From an uncultured Armatimonadia bacterium (GTDB taxonomy: Bacteria; Armatimonadota; Zipacnadia; CAVVLO01): a DNA stretch of 64,000 bases. A program made the position numbers and the translations under genes. This document shows positions 1 through 10,800 of the stretch, piece after piece; within the stretch, counting starts at the first letter, position 1; every line of letters begins with the position of its first letter. The stretch lies in assembly GCA_963749155.1 (NCBI GenBank), contig CAVVLO010000001.1, positions 96,001 to 160,000 on the forward strand. The letters run 5' to 3'. Under the pieces are notes generated by a model. It was not told the origin of the DNA, did not search any database, and worked only from the letters and a program-made list of their open reading frames with translations.

Positions 1-348
1 CGCCACATCTGCCATCGAGCTAACCCCGTGATGCTGGTAGAGGTCGATATGGTCGGTCTTGAGCCGGTCGAGTGAACGCTTCAGCTCTTCCCAGGCGGTG
101 GCTTTCTCGCGCTGGCCTGTCTTGCAGGCGAGGAAACAGTCCTCGCGATAGGGTTCGAGCGCGGGTCCGAGTCGTTCCTCTGCATTGCCATAACCTGGTG
201 CGACATCGAAATAGGTGACGCCTGACTCGACGGCACGGTCCACCTGGGCCTGAGCTTGTTCGGGCGTCTCGTTCATCACAATTATGCCGCCGAAGCCGAT
301 TACAGAAAGCTTCTCGCCAGTCTTGCCAAGCGCGCGGTATTCCATCAT
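1..348 (-). CDS. Aldo/keto reductase (5' part; runs off window start)
   Basis: Not in the ORF track. Hand translation from ATG 348 gives MMEYRALGKTGEKLSVIGFGG...YFDVAPGYG...FLACKTG...SLDRLKTDHIDLYQ, with the AKR catalytic D-x4-Y, K and SLxRLxTDxIDLY motifs. Confidence 0.92.
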   Translation of the reverse strand, partial: MMEYRALGKTGEKLSVIGFGGIIVMNETPEQAQAQVDRAVESGVTYFDVAPGYGNAEERLGPALEPYREDCFLACKTGQREKATAWEELKRSLDRLKTDHIDLYQHHGVSSMADVA

Positions 349-454
349 TGGGAGTACCTCCCATCAAATTGTCTTATTAGTCTAAATATAACATCTCCAT
401 GCCCCGGCAGGAAGGAGGACTCGCTGAGACGAAGTCTGAGAGGGAGGAGATCCT

Positions 455-2476
455 ATGTTGCTGCTTCTGCTAGTCCTGCTGCTGGCTTCGGCCGGCTTCG
501 CTCAACCTCAGGCTGTCATCACAGTGGACGTGACGGCTTCACAAGGGCCTGTCAACCGCCTCATATTCGGGAATAACCAGGTCGGATACGATCCCTTTAT
601 GATCTTCAGCGCCACTTCCAGCCCCGAAAACCGTATGTATGGAGCCGGATTGTGGGATCCGGAGCTGCGCGCACCCATCCCCGAGGCCTTGCGCCACGCG
701 AGGGAGATGGGAATGCCCATCTCGCGCTTCCCGGGCGGGTGCGGCGTGCATAGTTATGACTGGAAAAAGACAATCGGGCCGCTGGCGGAGCGTCCGGACT
801 GGCAATTCGGTATCGACGAGTTTCTCGAGTGGTGCCAGTTGGCGGATTCCGAGCCGCTGATGAACGTCAGCGACTATACAGGCACCGCTCAGGACGCCGC
901 CGATCTGGTGGAATACCTAAATTCGCCTGCCGATGAGGCGCATCCCTGGGCCGAGAAGCGCGCGGCTAATGGCCACCCCGAGCCTTGGGGCGTCGAGTGG
1001 TTCGAACTGGGCAATGAGACCGATCATGGCAACCATGAGATGCAGCCCAAACGCAAGTTGACCGCCGCAGAGTATGGCCAGTGGGTCATGGATTACTCCC
1101 GCGCGATGAAAGCGGTCGATCCCACGATAAAAGTAAGTGCCCTGATGGGCACCGGCACTTTCCCCGATGACCCGTGGAACGTTACGGTGCTTCCCTTGGT
1201 GAAGGACGACGCCGACTTTATCGTCTGGCACGTCTATCCCGTCAGCCTGTGGCAGGAAGAGCCTTCTCAGAGCGCCGATACGCTGATGAAAGCGGCGCTT
1301 TCGGCCAGCGAGCAGTGGCAATACTATCTGGCCGAGTACAACAAGCTCATCCTCGAACACTGTGGCAAGCCGCTGCCGATCGCAATTACCGAATACAACG
1401 CCGCTTTCGTCCAGGACCGGCCTGTGCCTTATCGTTTCAGCCTTGGCGCTGCACTTTTCTGCGCCGACTGGATCCGCGTGATGCTGCAGCCTGAGGGCAA
1501 TGTGGTGATGGGCAACTATTGGCAGTTTATCAACGAATACTGGGGCGAATTACAGGGGCCACGGTACCCGGGCGATCCTGCGCCTTACAAACCTCAACCT
1601 GCCTACTATGTGCACCAACTGTGGAACAACCACTTCGGCGCAGAGCTCTTGAAGATCGAGGTCACCGGGCCGACCTTCGAGAGCGAAGGCTACAATAATG
1701 TGCTGCCCGCACGAGGTGAAACCTGGCGCCCCAAGTCCGTCGTGCTGGAGGACGACCTTTCCGGCACGGTCAGCCCGAATCAGTTGGCCGGGGAGGGCTG
1801 GCGGCTGGAGATGGCCGGTGAGGAGTTCATCTGGCGGCTTGGTGAAATTACTGGTGATTTCTACCCGCTGGTCGCCTCAATTCTGTGGAGCCCCGATCAG
1901 GACTGCGTGGTCAGCGGCGAGGTGCGTTACGAGGGCGCTGAGGGCAGCGGCAAGCTGGGAATCCAGATCGGTGATAACCGCGGCTGGCTGGAAACCTATT
2001 CCGCTGTCGCGAAGGACGACCTCGAACTGGCCACTGACTGGGAGCCTTTCGAGCTGACCTATAAACCGCTGCGCGACACGAAAGCCCTGCAACTCGTGCT
2101 GCGTTGCCAGGGCAGGCAGGCGGGTTCAACCGGGGCTTTACATCTGCGCAACCTGAAGCTAAGGCGCGCGCTGCCGGCGCTCTTCCCAGCCGCGCAGACG
2201 CTGACGGCGTCAGCCAGTCGCTCCGAGGACGGCAGCAAGCTCTATGTGATGGTCGTGAACAAGAGCGTCGATGAGCCTCTCACCACCCGCCTCGACCTGG
2301 CTGGCTTCGTCCCAAGCACAATCCACACCTGGACGCTTACCGGACCGAGCCTGGAATCCAATAACCTTGCTGAGGCGACCTGCGGGGTTACAGAAGCGGA
2401 CGTGCCAGTAGGCACCGGCCCACTCGAGCTGACCTTTGCCCCGCGCAGTCTGACGGCGGTGGAGCTCTCGCGCTAG
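455..2476 (+). CDS. Secreted GH51 alpha-L-arabinofuranosidase-like glycoside hydrolase with inserted CBM-like module
   Basis: Signal peptide; RFPGGC, FGIDEF, ELGNE (acid/base) and ITEYN (nucleophile); C-terminal beta-sandwich SASRSEDGSKLYVMVVN; RBS GGAGGAG. Confidence 0.85.
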   Translation: MLLLLLVLLLASAGFAQPQAVITVDVTASQGPVNRLIFGNNQVGYDPFMIFSATSSPENRMYGAGLWDPELRAPIPEALRHAREMGMPISRFPGGCGVHSYDWKKTIGPLAERPDWQFGIDEFLEWCQLADSEPLMNVSDYTGTAQDAADLVEYLNSPADEAHPWAEKRAANGHPEPWGVEWFELGNETDHGNHEMQPKRKLTAAEYGQWVMDYSRAMKAVDPTIKVSALMGTGTFPDDPWNVTVLPLVKDDADFIVWHVYPVSLWQEEPSQSADTLMKAALSASEQWQYYLAEYNKLILEHCGKPLPIAITEYNAAFVQDRPVPYRFSLGAALFCADWIRVMLQPEGNVVMGNYWQFINEYWGELQGPRYPGDPAPYKPQPAYYVHQLWNNHFGAELLKIEVTGPTFESEGYNNVLPARGETWRPKSVVLEDDLSGTVSPNQLAGEGWRLEMAGEEFIWRLGEITGDFYPLVASILWSPDQDCVVSGEVRYEGAEGSGKLGIQIGDNRGWLETYSAVAKDDLELATDWEPFELTYKPLRDTKALQLVLRCQGRQAGSTGALHLRNLKLRRALPALFPAAQTLTASASRSEDGSKLYVMVVNKSVDEPLTTRLDLAGFVPSTIHTWTLTGPSLESNNLAEATCGVTEADVPVGTGPLELTFAPRSLTAVELSR

Positions 2477-3564
2477 CCGGACTGGACTTTTTTACGCAAG
2501 CAAAAGACTTTTCGCAGCCCAATCAGGAAAAGCAGCATAACAGCGCCGATTGCAGCGCCCTGCCAGAAGACTTTGGATTTGAGAGTGCTCTTGAGCACGC
2601 TTATTGGCTTGGGCTTCCCATACTGGTCTTCATACCGGTAATAAAGCTCCCAGTATTCGGGAGTGTATTGCTCCAGGGGCTGCATCTGGGCTCCTGTGAG
2701 CGAAACTGCCTCAAGCGTCGGCTTGCCCGCGGCGTCAACTGTCACGTGGATGCACTCATCCACTTCGCAGTCGCGAAGGGCTGTAGAGATAAATGTGGCG
2801 TTGTATTCGGGCACCTTCCAGTAAAGTGGCGAGGCATTCCACCAGCGGCCGTTGTCACCTGAGAACCAGTAGACTGGCTTCTTTGCAGTGGCTGCCTTTA
2901 GCAGAGGCTCTATGTCCCGGCTCCAGGCGCCGACCTTGTATTTCTCGAGTTGCGGCACAAAATGCTTGTGCATCTTCTGCAATCGCGGATCATCGGTAAT
3001 CCACAGCAGGAAATGAGACATCACCCAGATAGTCTTCACACTCGGATCTGCTGCCGCTTTCTCGAGGCGTTCTTTGAGAAAAGCTAGCTGTTCGCCCTCG
3101 ATTGCGCCGTTGGCGAGTACTGTGTCCAGGCAGATAAACTCATCGCCCCCCATCCTGAAAGCGCGCCAGGTCGGGCCGAAGAACTCGATATACTGCTCCC
3201 GGAAAATGAGTTCGTGGTTCCCTGTCGCATTAAACAGGGGCAGGCTAAACAAGTCGGTTACTTTCATGAAATTCTCCATCCGTTGGCGAGTTGGGTACTT
3301 GACCAGGTCGCCCAGAAAGAAAACACAGGCAGCTCCGCTACTGTTGAGTTTGGAGATGTTGGCTAAAAGTGAGGCTGAAGGCCAGACGGCGGGGCTTTCA
3401 TAAGAGCCGTAAGAATGACCAATAGCCCAGAAAGAATAAGGCTGACGCTCTGGCCCGACTTCCAAAGGCAAGCCATTAAGGGTGGATTTGACGGTTTCTG
3501 GCCAGGCAAGCCCAGTCAGTATAATAAGAACAACTAGTACCAACAGTCCGAGGGAGAATCGCAT
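2473..3564 (-). CDS. Membrane-anchored calcineurin-like metallophosphoesterase
   Basis: N-terminal signal/TM; GDLV, GNHE and SH motifs; variant GHSYG and GDNG motifs; C-terminal TM plus basic tail. Confidence 0.8.
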   Translation of the reverse strand: MRFSLGLLVLVVLIILTGLAWPETVKSTLNGLPLEVGPERQPYSFWAIGHSYGSYESPAVWPSASLLANISKLNSSGAACVFFLGDLVKYPTRQRMENFMKVTDLFSLPLFNATGNHELIFREQYIEFFGPTWRAFRMGGDEFICLDTVLANGAIEGEQLAFLKERLEKAAADPSVKTIWVMSHFLLWITDDPRLQKMHKHFVPQLEKYKVGAWSRDIEPLLKAATAKKPVYWFSGDNGRWWNASPLYWKVPEYNATFISTALRDCEVDECIHVTVDAAGKPTLEAVSLTGAQMQPLEQYTPEYWELYYRYEDQYGKPKPISVLKSTLKSKVFWQGAAIGAVMLLFLIGLRKVFCLRKKVQSG

Positions 3565-3679
3565 CTGGATCCCTCCAGCAAAAGTCTTTGGTTAGACAAG
3601 CTTAACACCAGGCTATTTTATAATACTCTAGAAGCAAAGCCTGACAGTAATATGACGGAGTTCTTTATTGGAGGCTGAT

Positions 3680-4369
3680 ATGGGCACATCTGGTCTGAAC
3701 CTCCAGCTAACCCAGCCTGCGCCGCTGGATGTCACCACGGTGCTGCTGAACCTGCTGCTAACGGCCCTTTTCGCGTGGCTACTTGGCAAACATTTCGTGC
3801 ACTATGGCAGCACCTTCTCCAACCGAAGCAAGTTCTCGCGCATCTTGCCCACCATTGCGCTGACCACGGCGCTGGTCATCACGATAGTGAAAGCTTCACT
3901 TGCACTTTCACTTGGACTTGTGGGCGCGCTCTCTATCGTCAGGTTCCGCACCCCTGTAAAAGAACCTGAAGAACTGGCGTATCTGTTCCTGGCTATCGCA
4001 ACAGGGCTCGGGATGGGCGCCGACCAGCGGCTTGTTACCTCAGTAGCCATATTGCTCATTTTGGCCCTGCTGACAAGCAGGGCGCTTTCGAGAAAAGATT
4101 CTACTTATCCCAACCTCTACGTGAACATCCAGCTACCCCAGGCGCCGGAGGAAGACGGCCTTTTCCGCGGTCTACTGGATTTGCTAGCCACTAAAACCGA
4201 TTCGGCTGAACTGCGCCGCTTTGATTCAGAGGCAGGCTCGCTATCCGCGACTTTCTATGTGGACTGTAAAGACGCCGACCGCCTGCTGGCTTTGCAGGAA
4301 GCACTGCGTACCCAGTATCCCCAGGCTGAGCTCAGCTTCGTAGAGCAGTCGCGTACCCCTGGAGACTAA
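3680..4369 (+). CDS. DUF4956 family membrane protein
   Basis: SLALSLGLVGALSIVRFRTPVKEPEEL signature; RBS GGAGG before ATG 3680. Confidence 0.9.
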   Translation: MGTSGLNLQLTQPAPLDVTTVLLNLLLTALFAWLLGKHFVHYGSTFSNRSKFSRILPTIALTTALVITIVKASLALSLGLVGALSIVRFRTPVKEPEELAYLFLAIATGLGMGADQRLVTSVAILLILALLTSRALSRKDSTYPNLYVNIQLPQAPEEDGLFRGLLDLLATKTDSAELRRFDSEAGSLSATFYVDCKDADRLLALQEALRTQYPQAELSFVEQSRTPGD

Positions 4370-4372
4370 CCG

Positions 4373-6991
4373 ATGCGGCTCCGACGTCCACAAACCGAGC
4401 CCCCCAAACCCAGACGCGCCTTGGGGCGCTGGAGCAAGCTCTGGCTTGGACTGTTGGCGCTGCTGCTGGTCAGCTCGCTGATGGCACTTGGGTTTCTCCA
4501 GGGCGTCCACTGGGAACGCAATGGCAGATGGAGTCACCTCAAGGAGAACCTGCGCCTGAAAGGCCCCACAGCACTAGGCGCGAGGCTGAAAGGGCTGATA
4601 AACCCTCCTGATACGCCCGTCCTGGCTCTTGATATAAAGTTTAAAGACCTGAACAAGCTTGACGAGATACGCCAGGAGGCGCTTCGCAACGGGGGCTTGC
4701 TGAGTGATGAGGGCGAGTGGGTTTCGGCCCAGCTTGGCTACGAGGACTCAACTTTCAAGGCGCGCCTGCGCCTCAAAGGCGACCGGATAGACCATCTCCA
4801 GGGCCGTAAATGGTCTTACAGAGTGCAAATACAGGAGGGCCAGAAAGTCCTCGGGATGGCAGTTTTCTCCTTGCAGAGCCCCAGCACGCGCAACTTCGAT
4901 GGAGAATGGCTGTATCACCAGGCGCTCCAGCGCGAAGGAGTGCTGGGGTTGCGTTACAGCTTCGCCCGGCTCTTCATAAACGGGGAGGACAGGGGCATCT
5001 ACGCGGTAGAAGAGCACTTCGCGAAGGAGCTGCTGGAGGCACAAGAGCGTCGAGAAGGCCCCATCATCAAGTTTTCCGAAGATGAACTCTGGGCCAGATA
5101 TGCGCGCCTGAGGCAAGAGGGTATCTACGAGGATGAAGGCTTCCAGATGGCGCGTCCCGAGGTGCCCTTCCATTACGAGGCTTATGACAGCTATCAAGCC
5201 AGCCCGCCGGATACTTTTGGCAAAGCAGATCCGACCGAAGCCCCAAAACTTGACCGGATGCGTCAGGCGGCAGAGCAGCTATTGCGTGCCTTCGCCGCTG
5301 GAGAGCTGCCCGCTTCGAAAGTCTTCGACGTCTCAAAACTGGCGAAATATCTGGCGCTCAGCGAGTTGCTGGATGCCCCTCACGCTTTGATATGGACCAA
5401 TGTAAGATTCTATTACGATCCGCTTACTGCCAGGCTTCAGCCGATTGGTTTCGATGCCTGTCCTCAATATGGCGGCAAGGCTCTCTTCTGTCTGGCAGAG
5501 CCCTGGACTCTTCAGGCGCTTGCTGACCCCCTGGTGTGCGCCGCTTTCGTGACGGAGCTCGAGCGAGTCACCCAGCCCGAGTATGTCGAAGAACTGCGTG
5601 CCGAGCTTGAGCCTGGCTGGCGCGCGCAGTTGCGCCTTTTGCAGCAGGAATGGCCTGGCCTGCCTTTGGCTGATAGCTGGGCTAATATGAAGGCCAGGCA
5701 AACGCTGCTTGCACTTGCGCTCCAGACCGACTCACCTGTCGCCGTATATGCCACAAAAGCCGGGAACGAGCTGGAGCTTCATGTCGCCAATCTTCTGCCG
5801 CTGCCTGTCGAAGTATTCGGCGTTAAGGGCGGTGAGAAGTGCAGTCTGCAACGCCCTGGCGAAGCAGGCAAGCTGCCCCATACCCTTGCTGCGCGTCCTG
5901 CGGGCGCGAAATTGAAATACATAACTTTCAAACTGCCAAGGAATTTTGGAGCCTTCCCGCTGGAGGTGGCCGCGCGTCTGCCTGGCGCTGTCCCCACCTG
6001 GCTTTTGCCAGTAAAGACTTATGGTTTCAACTGGCAGGAAGGGAAGGGCAGGCCGGTTGCGCCAGGACTTGCCGAGGCGCTCAGGAGGCATCCTTTCCTG
6101 CAACTTGCGGCAGAACGCCTGCTTCAGGTAAAGCGCGGCGATTGGCGCGTTACCGGCGACCTGGTGTTGCCAGACCAATACGGGCTGGTTGCCGGGCCTG
6201 GAGTCACTTTACGCTTCGAGCAAGGAGCTTTAATGCTTGCTACCGGCCCTCTCAAATTCGAGGGCAGCGAAGAAGCCCCGGTGCGCTTGCTTCCCCAGTC
6301 CACAAGCTGGGCTGGACTGATTGCACTTTTTGCTCCTCCTTCCACCTGGAGCTGGGTTGAGGTTGGGCCGACCACCAGCCTGGACCGGGCCGGCTGGACT
6401 ACTACAGGTGGTGTGACTTTCTATCGCTCTCCCCTTAGTTTGTCGCACTGCGATTTCCACGGCAGCCTTGCTGAAGACACCCTTAACGTAATGGGCGCCC
6501 GGGTTGAGTGCAGAGACAGCAGTTTTTCAAAAGCGGCCTCTGATGCCTTCGATGGCGACTTCGTCACCGGCCTGTTCGAGCGCTGCGAATTTAGTGACAT
6601 AGAAGGCGATGGCTTTGATGTCAGTGGAAGCAGGGAGCTAGTGGTTACTGGCCTGCGCGCTGTCAGGTTGGGTGACAAGGCGCTCTCAATCGGTGAGGGC
6701 AGCGATGTGGTAGCCAGCGATATCGTGGCCGAGTACTGCCGGTTCGGACCGGTAAGCAAAGACCGGTCGCGACTTGTCCTCAAAGGCGCCAAACTCAGCA
6801 ACTGCGAGTATGGCCTGGCGGCCTATCAGAAAAAAGCCGAATACGGTCCTGCCCAACTTGAAGCCACTGGTGTCAGCTTCGAAGGCGTGAAGCAACAGGT
6901 GCTCTGCCAGCAAGGCTCTCGGCTGACTGTGAACGGTAAGCAGGCCCCCGAGCAATCGCTAGACGTGGAGACGCTCTATGTCGGTCAGTGA
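4373..6991 (+). CDS. CotH-family kinase with C-terminal right-handed beta-helix
   Basis: N-terminal TM; RLKGD, GIYAVEEHF and H...N.RFYYDP...LQPIGFD CotH-like motifs; DAFDGDF/DGFDVSGS/DKALSIGE beta-helix repeats. Confidence 0.82.
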   Translation: MRLRRPQTEPPKPRRALGRWSKLWLGLLALLLVSSLMALGFLQGVHWERNGRWSHLKENLRLKGPTALGARLKGLINPPDTPVLALDIKFKDLNKLDEIRQEALRNGGLLSDEGEWVSAQLGYEDSTFKARLRLKGDRIDHLQGRKWSYRVQIQEGQKVLGMAVFSLQSPSTRNFDGEWLYHQALQREGVLGLRYSFARLFINGEDRGIYAVEEHFAKELLEAQERREGPIIKFSEDELWARYARLRQEGIYEDEGFQMARPEVPFHYEAYDSYQASPPDTFGKADPTEAPKLDRMRQAAEQLLRAFAAGELPASKVFDVSKLAKYLALSELLDAPHALIWTNVRFYYDPLTARLQPIGFDACPQYGGKALFCLAEPWTLQALADPLVCAAFVTELERVTQPEYVEELRAELEPGWRAQLRLLQQEWPGLPLADSWANMKARQTLLALALQTDSPVAVYATKAGNELELHVANLLPLPVEVFGVKGGEKCSLQRPGEAGKLPHTLAARPAGAKLKYITFKLPRNFGAFPLEVAARLPGAVPTWLLPVKTYGFNWQEGKGRPVAPGLAEALRRHPFLQLAAERLLQVKRGDWRVTGDLVLPDQYGLVAGPGVTLRFEQGALMLATGPLKFEGSEEAPVRLLPQSTSWAGLIALFAPPSTWSWVEVGPTTSLDRAGWTTTGGVTFYRSPLSLSHCDFHGSLAEDTLNVMGARVECRDSSFSKAASDAFDGDFVTGLFERCEFSDIEGDGFDVSGSRELVVTGLRAVRLGDKALSIGEGSDVVASDIVAEYCRFGPVSKDRSRLVLKGAKLSNCEYGLAAYQKKAEYGPAQLEATGVSFEGVKQQVLCQQGSRLTVNGKQAPEQSLDVETLYVGQ

Positions 6992-7685
6992 GGTGAAAAT
7001 CGGCGGCTGGCGATATGAGCGCAAATTCGTCTGTGAGGAGCGCGCCGACCTGCGGGCCAAGCTCATTTCATGGCTCAGAACCCATCCAGCAAGGCTTTGG
7101 CGACCCTATCCACCCCGCCTTGTCAATAATCTCTACTTCGAGACTGGCGACTGGGCCAGCCTCGAAGCCAACCTGGCAGGCATATCAGACCGCGCCAAAC
7201 TGCGCCTTAGATGGTATGGCGAGGGGCTAAAGCAGGTGGAGGCAGTGCTTGAGCTCAAGCAGAAACGCGCAGAGCTTGGCCGCAAGCTGTCACTTGCTCT
7301 GGCAACTCCCGTAACGCTGGCAGGCCTAAGCTGGGAGGCGCTTCGTGCTAGCCTGATGCGGCAACCTCTTGGCGAACTGCTTCCCTGGGTAGAGGCTTAT
7401 CCGCTGCCCGCCCTCGTAAATCAATATCTGCGTGACTACTATGTAACTGGAGATGGCCTGGTCCGGATTACCCTCGACAGCAAGCTTGCGACCTGGGACC
7501 AAACTCGAAACTCCAGTTTTGCGCTTGGCCAGCCTGAACCAAGAGCAGGGGCACTGGTGGTCGAAGCCAAAGCCAACCTGGGCCAGGAAGCAGCCCTCGA
7601 AGCCGCGCTTGTCAGCTGCCCACTTACTTCGAGTGCTCACTCCAAATACGCAACTGGCGCCTTCATAAGAGGCCACCGGCTTTAA
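6978..7685 (+). CDS. VTC-domain (polyphosphate-polymerase-like, CYTH superfamily) protein
   Basis: RYERKF, NNLYFET, KLRLRWYG, LELKQK, RITLD and SKY motifs. Confidence 0.88.
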   Translation: MSVSEVKIGGWRYERKFVCEERADLRAKLISWLRTHPARLWRPYPPRLVNNLYFETGDWASLEANLAGISDRAKLRLRWYGEGLKQVEAVLELKQKRAELGRKLSLALATPVTLAGLSWEALRASLMRQPLGELLPWVEAYPLPALVNQYLRDYYVTGDGLVRITLDSKLATWDQTRNSSFALGQPEPRAGALVVEAKANLGQEAALEAALVSCPLTSSAHSKYATGAFIRGHRL

Positions 7686-7720
7686 TCGGGCGAAGTTGGA
7701 TTTCAGACTGACGAGGCTAG

Positions 7721-7749
7721 TTGTTAATTCGGCAAATCAGGTTTAAACT
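7721..7749 (+). promoter_or_regulatory. Putative sigma70 promoter of large secreted protein copy 1
   Basis: TTGTTA-N17-TAAACT; same arrangement found before copy 2. Confidence 0.55.
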
Positions 7750-7813
7750 TGTTACAGCGCCTAACGCAGGTGCTTTTAGCAGTTCAGCACACGCCACCTT
7801 TGGGGGGGTCGTT

Positions 7814-10800
7814 ATGCGCCTGCTTACACTTCTGCTTCTGCTAATACTCGGCGTTCCAACTCTTGCTGCCCAAAGCACTGTCCTGGAGCCGGTGTCTCCG
7901 GTCGACCTCCGCGCTTCGTATTCCACCAGTTCTCTTGCAGTGCCAGAGGTATGGGCTGACGACGCGGGCCACGTTGTCGCGGCCTTTCCAGCCAAGCCTG
8001 TGAGCGCGAGCAACACTTCACCGTCCACCCCTTATGTGGCGTGCAAGTCAGGTTCAAGCTGGGAAGTCACCGAGCTCGAGTTGCCTGATGTGCACAGCAT
8101 CGGATCCACCGCCCGACTGCAACTGGTGGGCAAGTGGGGAGACCTCTACTGCTTCGTAAAGTGGGGAAAGAAAGAGTACTACTACTACACCAGCACCAAC
8201 GGGACCAGCTGGTCAGGCCCCAAGGTAGCAGCTACCCTTTACTCCTCCTCTGACCCTGGCACTGCAAGAGCCGGCTACGTCCAGGACACGCCCTTCTTCT
8301 GCTGCAACCAGCAGGGGGGAGCGAATACCAAAGGGCAATGGTTCTTCTGGAAGCAGGGCAGCAGTTTCCAGGGTGTGCGAATCGCCCAGCGATTTGTGGG
8401 TAGCAACTATACCTTGATCGATTCGGCCGTGGACGACCGAGGAAGAATCTATTACGTTTTTGTGGACGGTAGCAGCCGCGCGACGATTCTATCGGCGCCC
8501 AGTCTCGAAGCCGCCAAGCAAACAACCAGTTGGAAAGTGTTGCCCTCCGATATCAACGCGATGGCCAGGGACATCTGGAGTACCCCCCACCAGGGCCTCG
8601 CGCTGGACCCGGCTTCGCAGTGCCTTTGGCTGCTAAGTGGCAGCCACGCAGGCGAGATGCAGCTTACTCGCTTGCCCTTCGGCGCCACTACCAAGGGCGC
8701 CTCAACCAGCTACACACTGGGCTTGCCTGAGGGCGGCACAGGCTTCGACTACCATGGGTTCGTAACCAATGACCGAGGCGCGATCGGTCTGCTGCGCTCC
8801 TGGAGCATCAGGCAGGACGATGTCTTGCGCCCGCACTTGACCCTCTACCCAATAAGCGGCTCAGGAGTTGGAACGCCCCTCAACCTGGTACGCGGGGGCA
8901 GCGACACGGAGTCTGTCACCTTCAGGAGTAGCTTCGGCGGAGTTTGCGGCGGTGTGACGCCAAACGGCATGGCGTGGATGGGTGCTATCTCCGAGAAGCT
9001 GGGAGAGGAGCCGGCAGGACGCAGGCGGCTGTTCCTCTCCAAGGTCACCGGCTGGGCGACCAACAAACAGTCTCCGGTTACGACAGCCTTCGGCTTCGGT
9101 GACGCCCAGCAACCAGATGACGCGCGTCCGCCCGACACGGGCCCCTCCGATGATACTACGCCCCCCGACCCGGTCGAGCCGGGAGTCAGCGGTGGGGATG
9201 AGGGCACTCCCGAAGTTGGCACCAAGCCAGATTTTGAGATAAGTATCAGGTTGGGCTCTGCTCGAGATGTCGAAACAGAGGAACTCCAATTCAACTCCCT
9301 CGTGCGTAACGTCTACGTGCGAGTCACCAACAAGGGGGCGCAGTATTTCGGCGATCTGCCGCTCAAGGTGTTTATTGGCGGTACGACAGCCAAATTTACC
9401 TTCCCAGACCCAAGCGGTCACACGATGCCCCTGCTCAAGACAGGCCAGTCGCTCTCGGTCAACCTGCTGGACATCAGATTCACTCCCGATGGGACTGCAA
9501 TGGAGGAGCCACCCGCTGTCATCGACTGCAACACGCCGGGCACGCATATCGTCCGCGTGCGAACGGCCCTGGGCAAGTATCAGATCAGTGCCTTTGTGGA
9601 TCCCGGTAACGAAGTGCCCGAGGCAAACGAGGACAACAATAAAGACTTCCTTACCTTTGTCCTCTACGATGGCCGGGAGGACACCGACCGCATTCCCAGG
9701 ACGGGAGAGAGCGGCTACCATTATGGCGCTAACGATGTAGCTATCTACGATGCTCGCATACTGCCCAACTGCAGCTTCTCTCGGTTCGGTCTCAGGCAGA
9801 AGCCGACCACTTTGGCGCTTGTTGTGACCAACCCGCGCGCGGCTCGCTGGATGAAACAGGTCGAAGTGGTCGCCAAACTTGATGGCCAGGTGCTAGACAC
9901 CAAAACCCTTCCGCTTGTGCCCGATCAGCCGGCGCTTTCAATCGCGGAGCTGCCCTGGAGTGACCTGTCTGGGCCGCCAGGGGAGAAGACCATCAGGGGC
10001 GAGCCAGTACTTTTCCCCCTCGATCTGACGACTGTCGCCCTCGGCCAGCACACGCTGGAGATACTCGTAGACCCCGAGGGCAAGCTGGTGGACCTTGCCC
10101 CCGACAACAACAAGGTGACCCTCCGCTTCAATGTGCGCCCGCCCGGTGGCACGCTCACCGTGAAGTGCCAGGACAGTGGCAACAAGCAAGCTATCTCGGG
10201 CGCCACTGTGAGGCTCGAAAACCTCTGGTATATGAAGACCGACTCGACCGGCACGGCCACGGTGGAGGATTTCCCCCCCGCGAATTACAACGACCAGACG
10301 ATGTCGGCTGAGAAACTGGAGCCGACTCGGCCTTATGCGCGCAAGTACGCCGAACCCTTCAGCGTGAAGAGCCAGCAGACTACAAACGTCACGCTAGAGC
10401 TGGATGGGCCGGTAGACATCGTGGGCTCAATTACCGGACCTGACGGACAGAAGCCAGTCTGGGGCGCTTCAGTTGGCTTCACAGGGGAATACGCCAAAGC
10501 CAGTTATAATCGGGAGACCGGCCAGTACAAAATTACCTTCGCCGAGCCGGGGGCCAATTCTATAAAGGTGCAGGCTTATGGCTACCTCGACAAGACGGTC
10601 CAGGGCACTTACATCGCCGATGCTGACGGCCAGGCGCAGCAGGATATCCAGCTGCAAGAGGCGCCTAAAGGCAACGTCCAGGGGCAGGTTATCAGCTATA
10701 CAGGCAGCCCGATGGCGGGCGTAGTCGTTTCTCTGGGCGGCTGTCCGTTGTGGGCTGAGACCGACTCACAGGGCCACTATCAGATCAACGGGGCGATGGC

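Noticed and set aside
20..576. ORF-track calls 20-367(-) and 256-576(+)
   Set aside because: Shadow frames; the real gene is the aldo/keto reductase in another minus frame (1-348)
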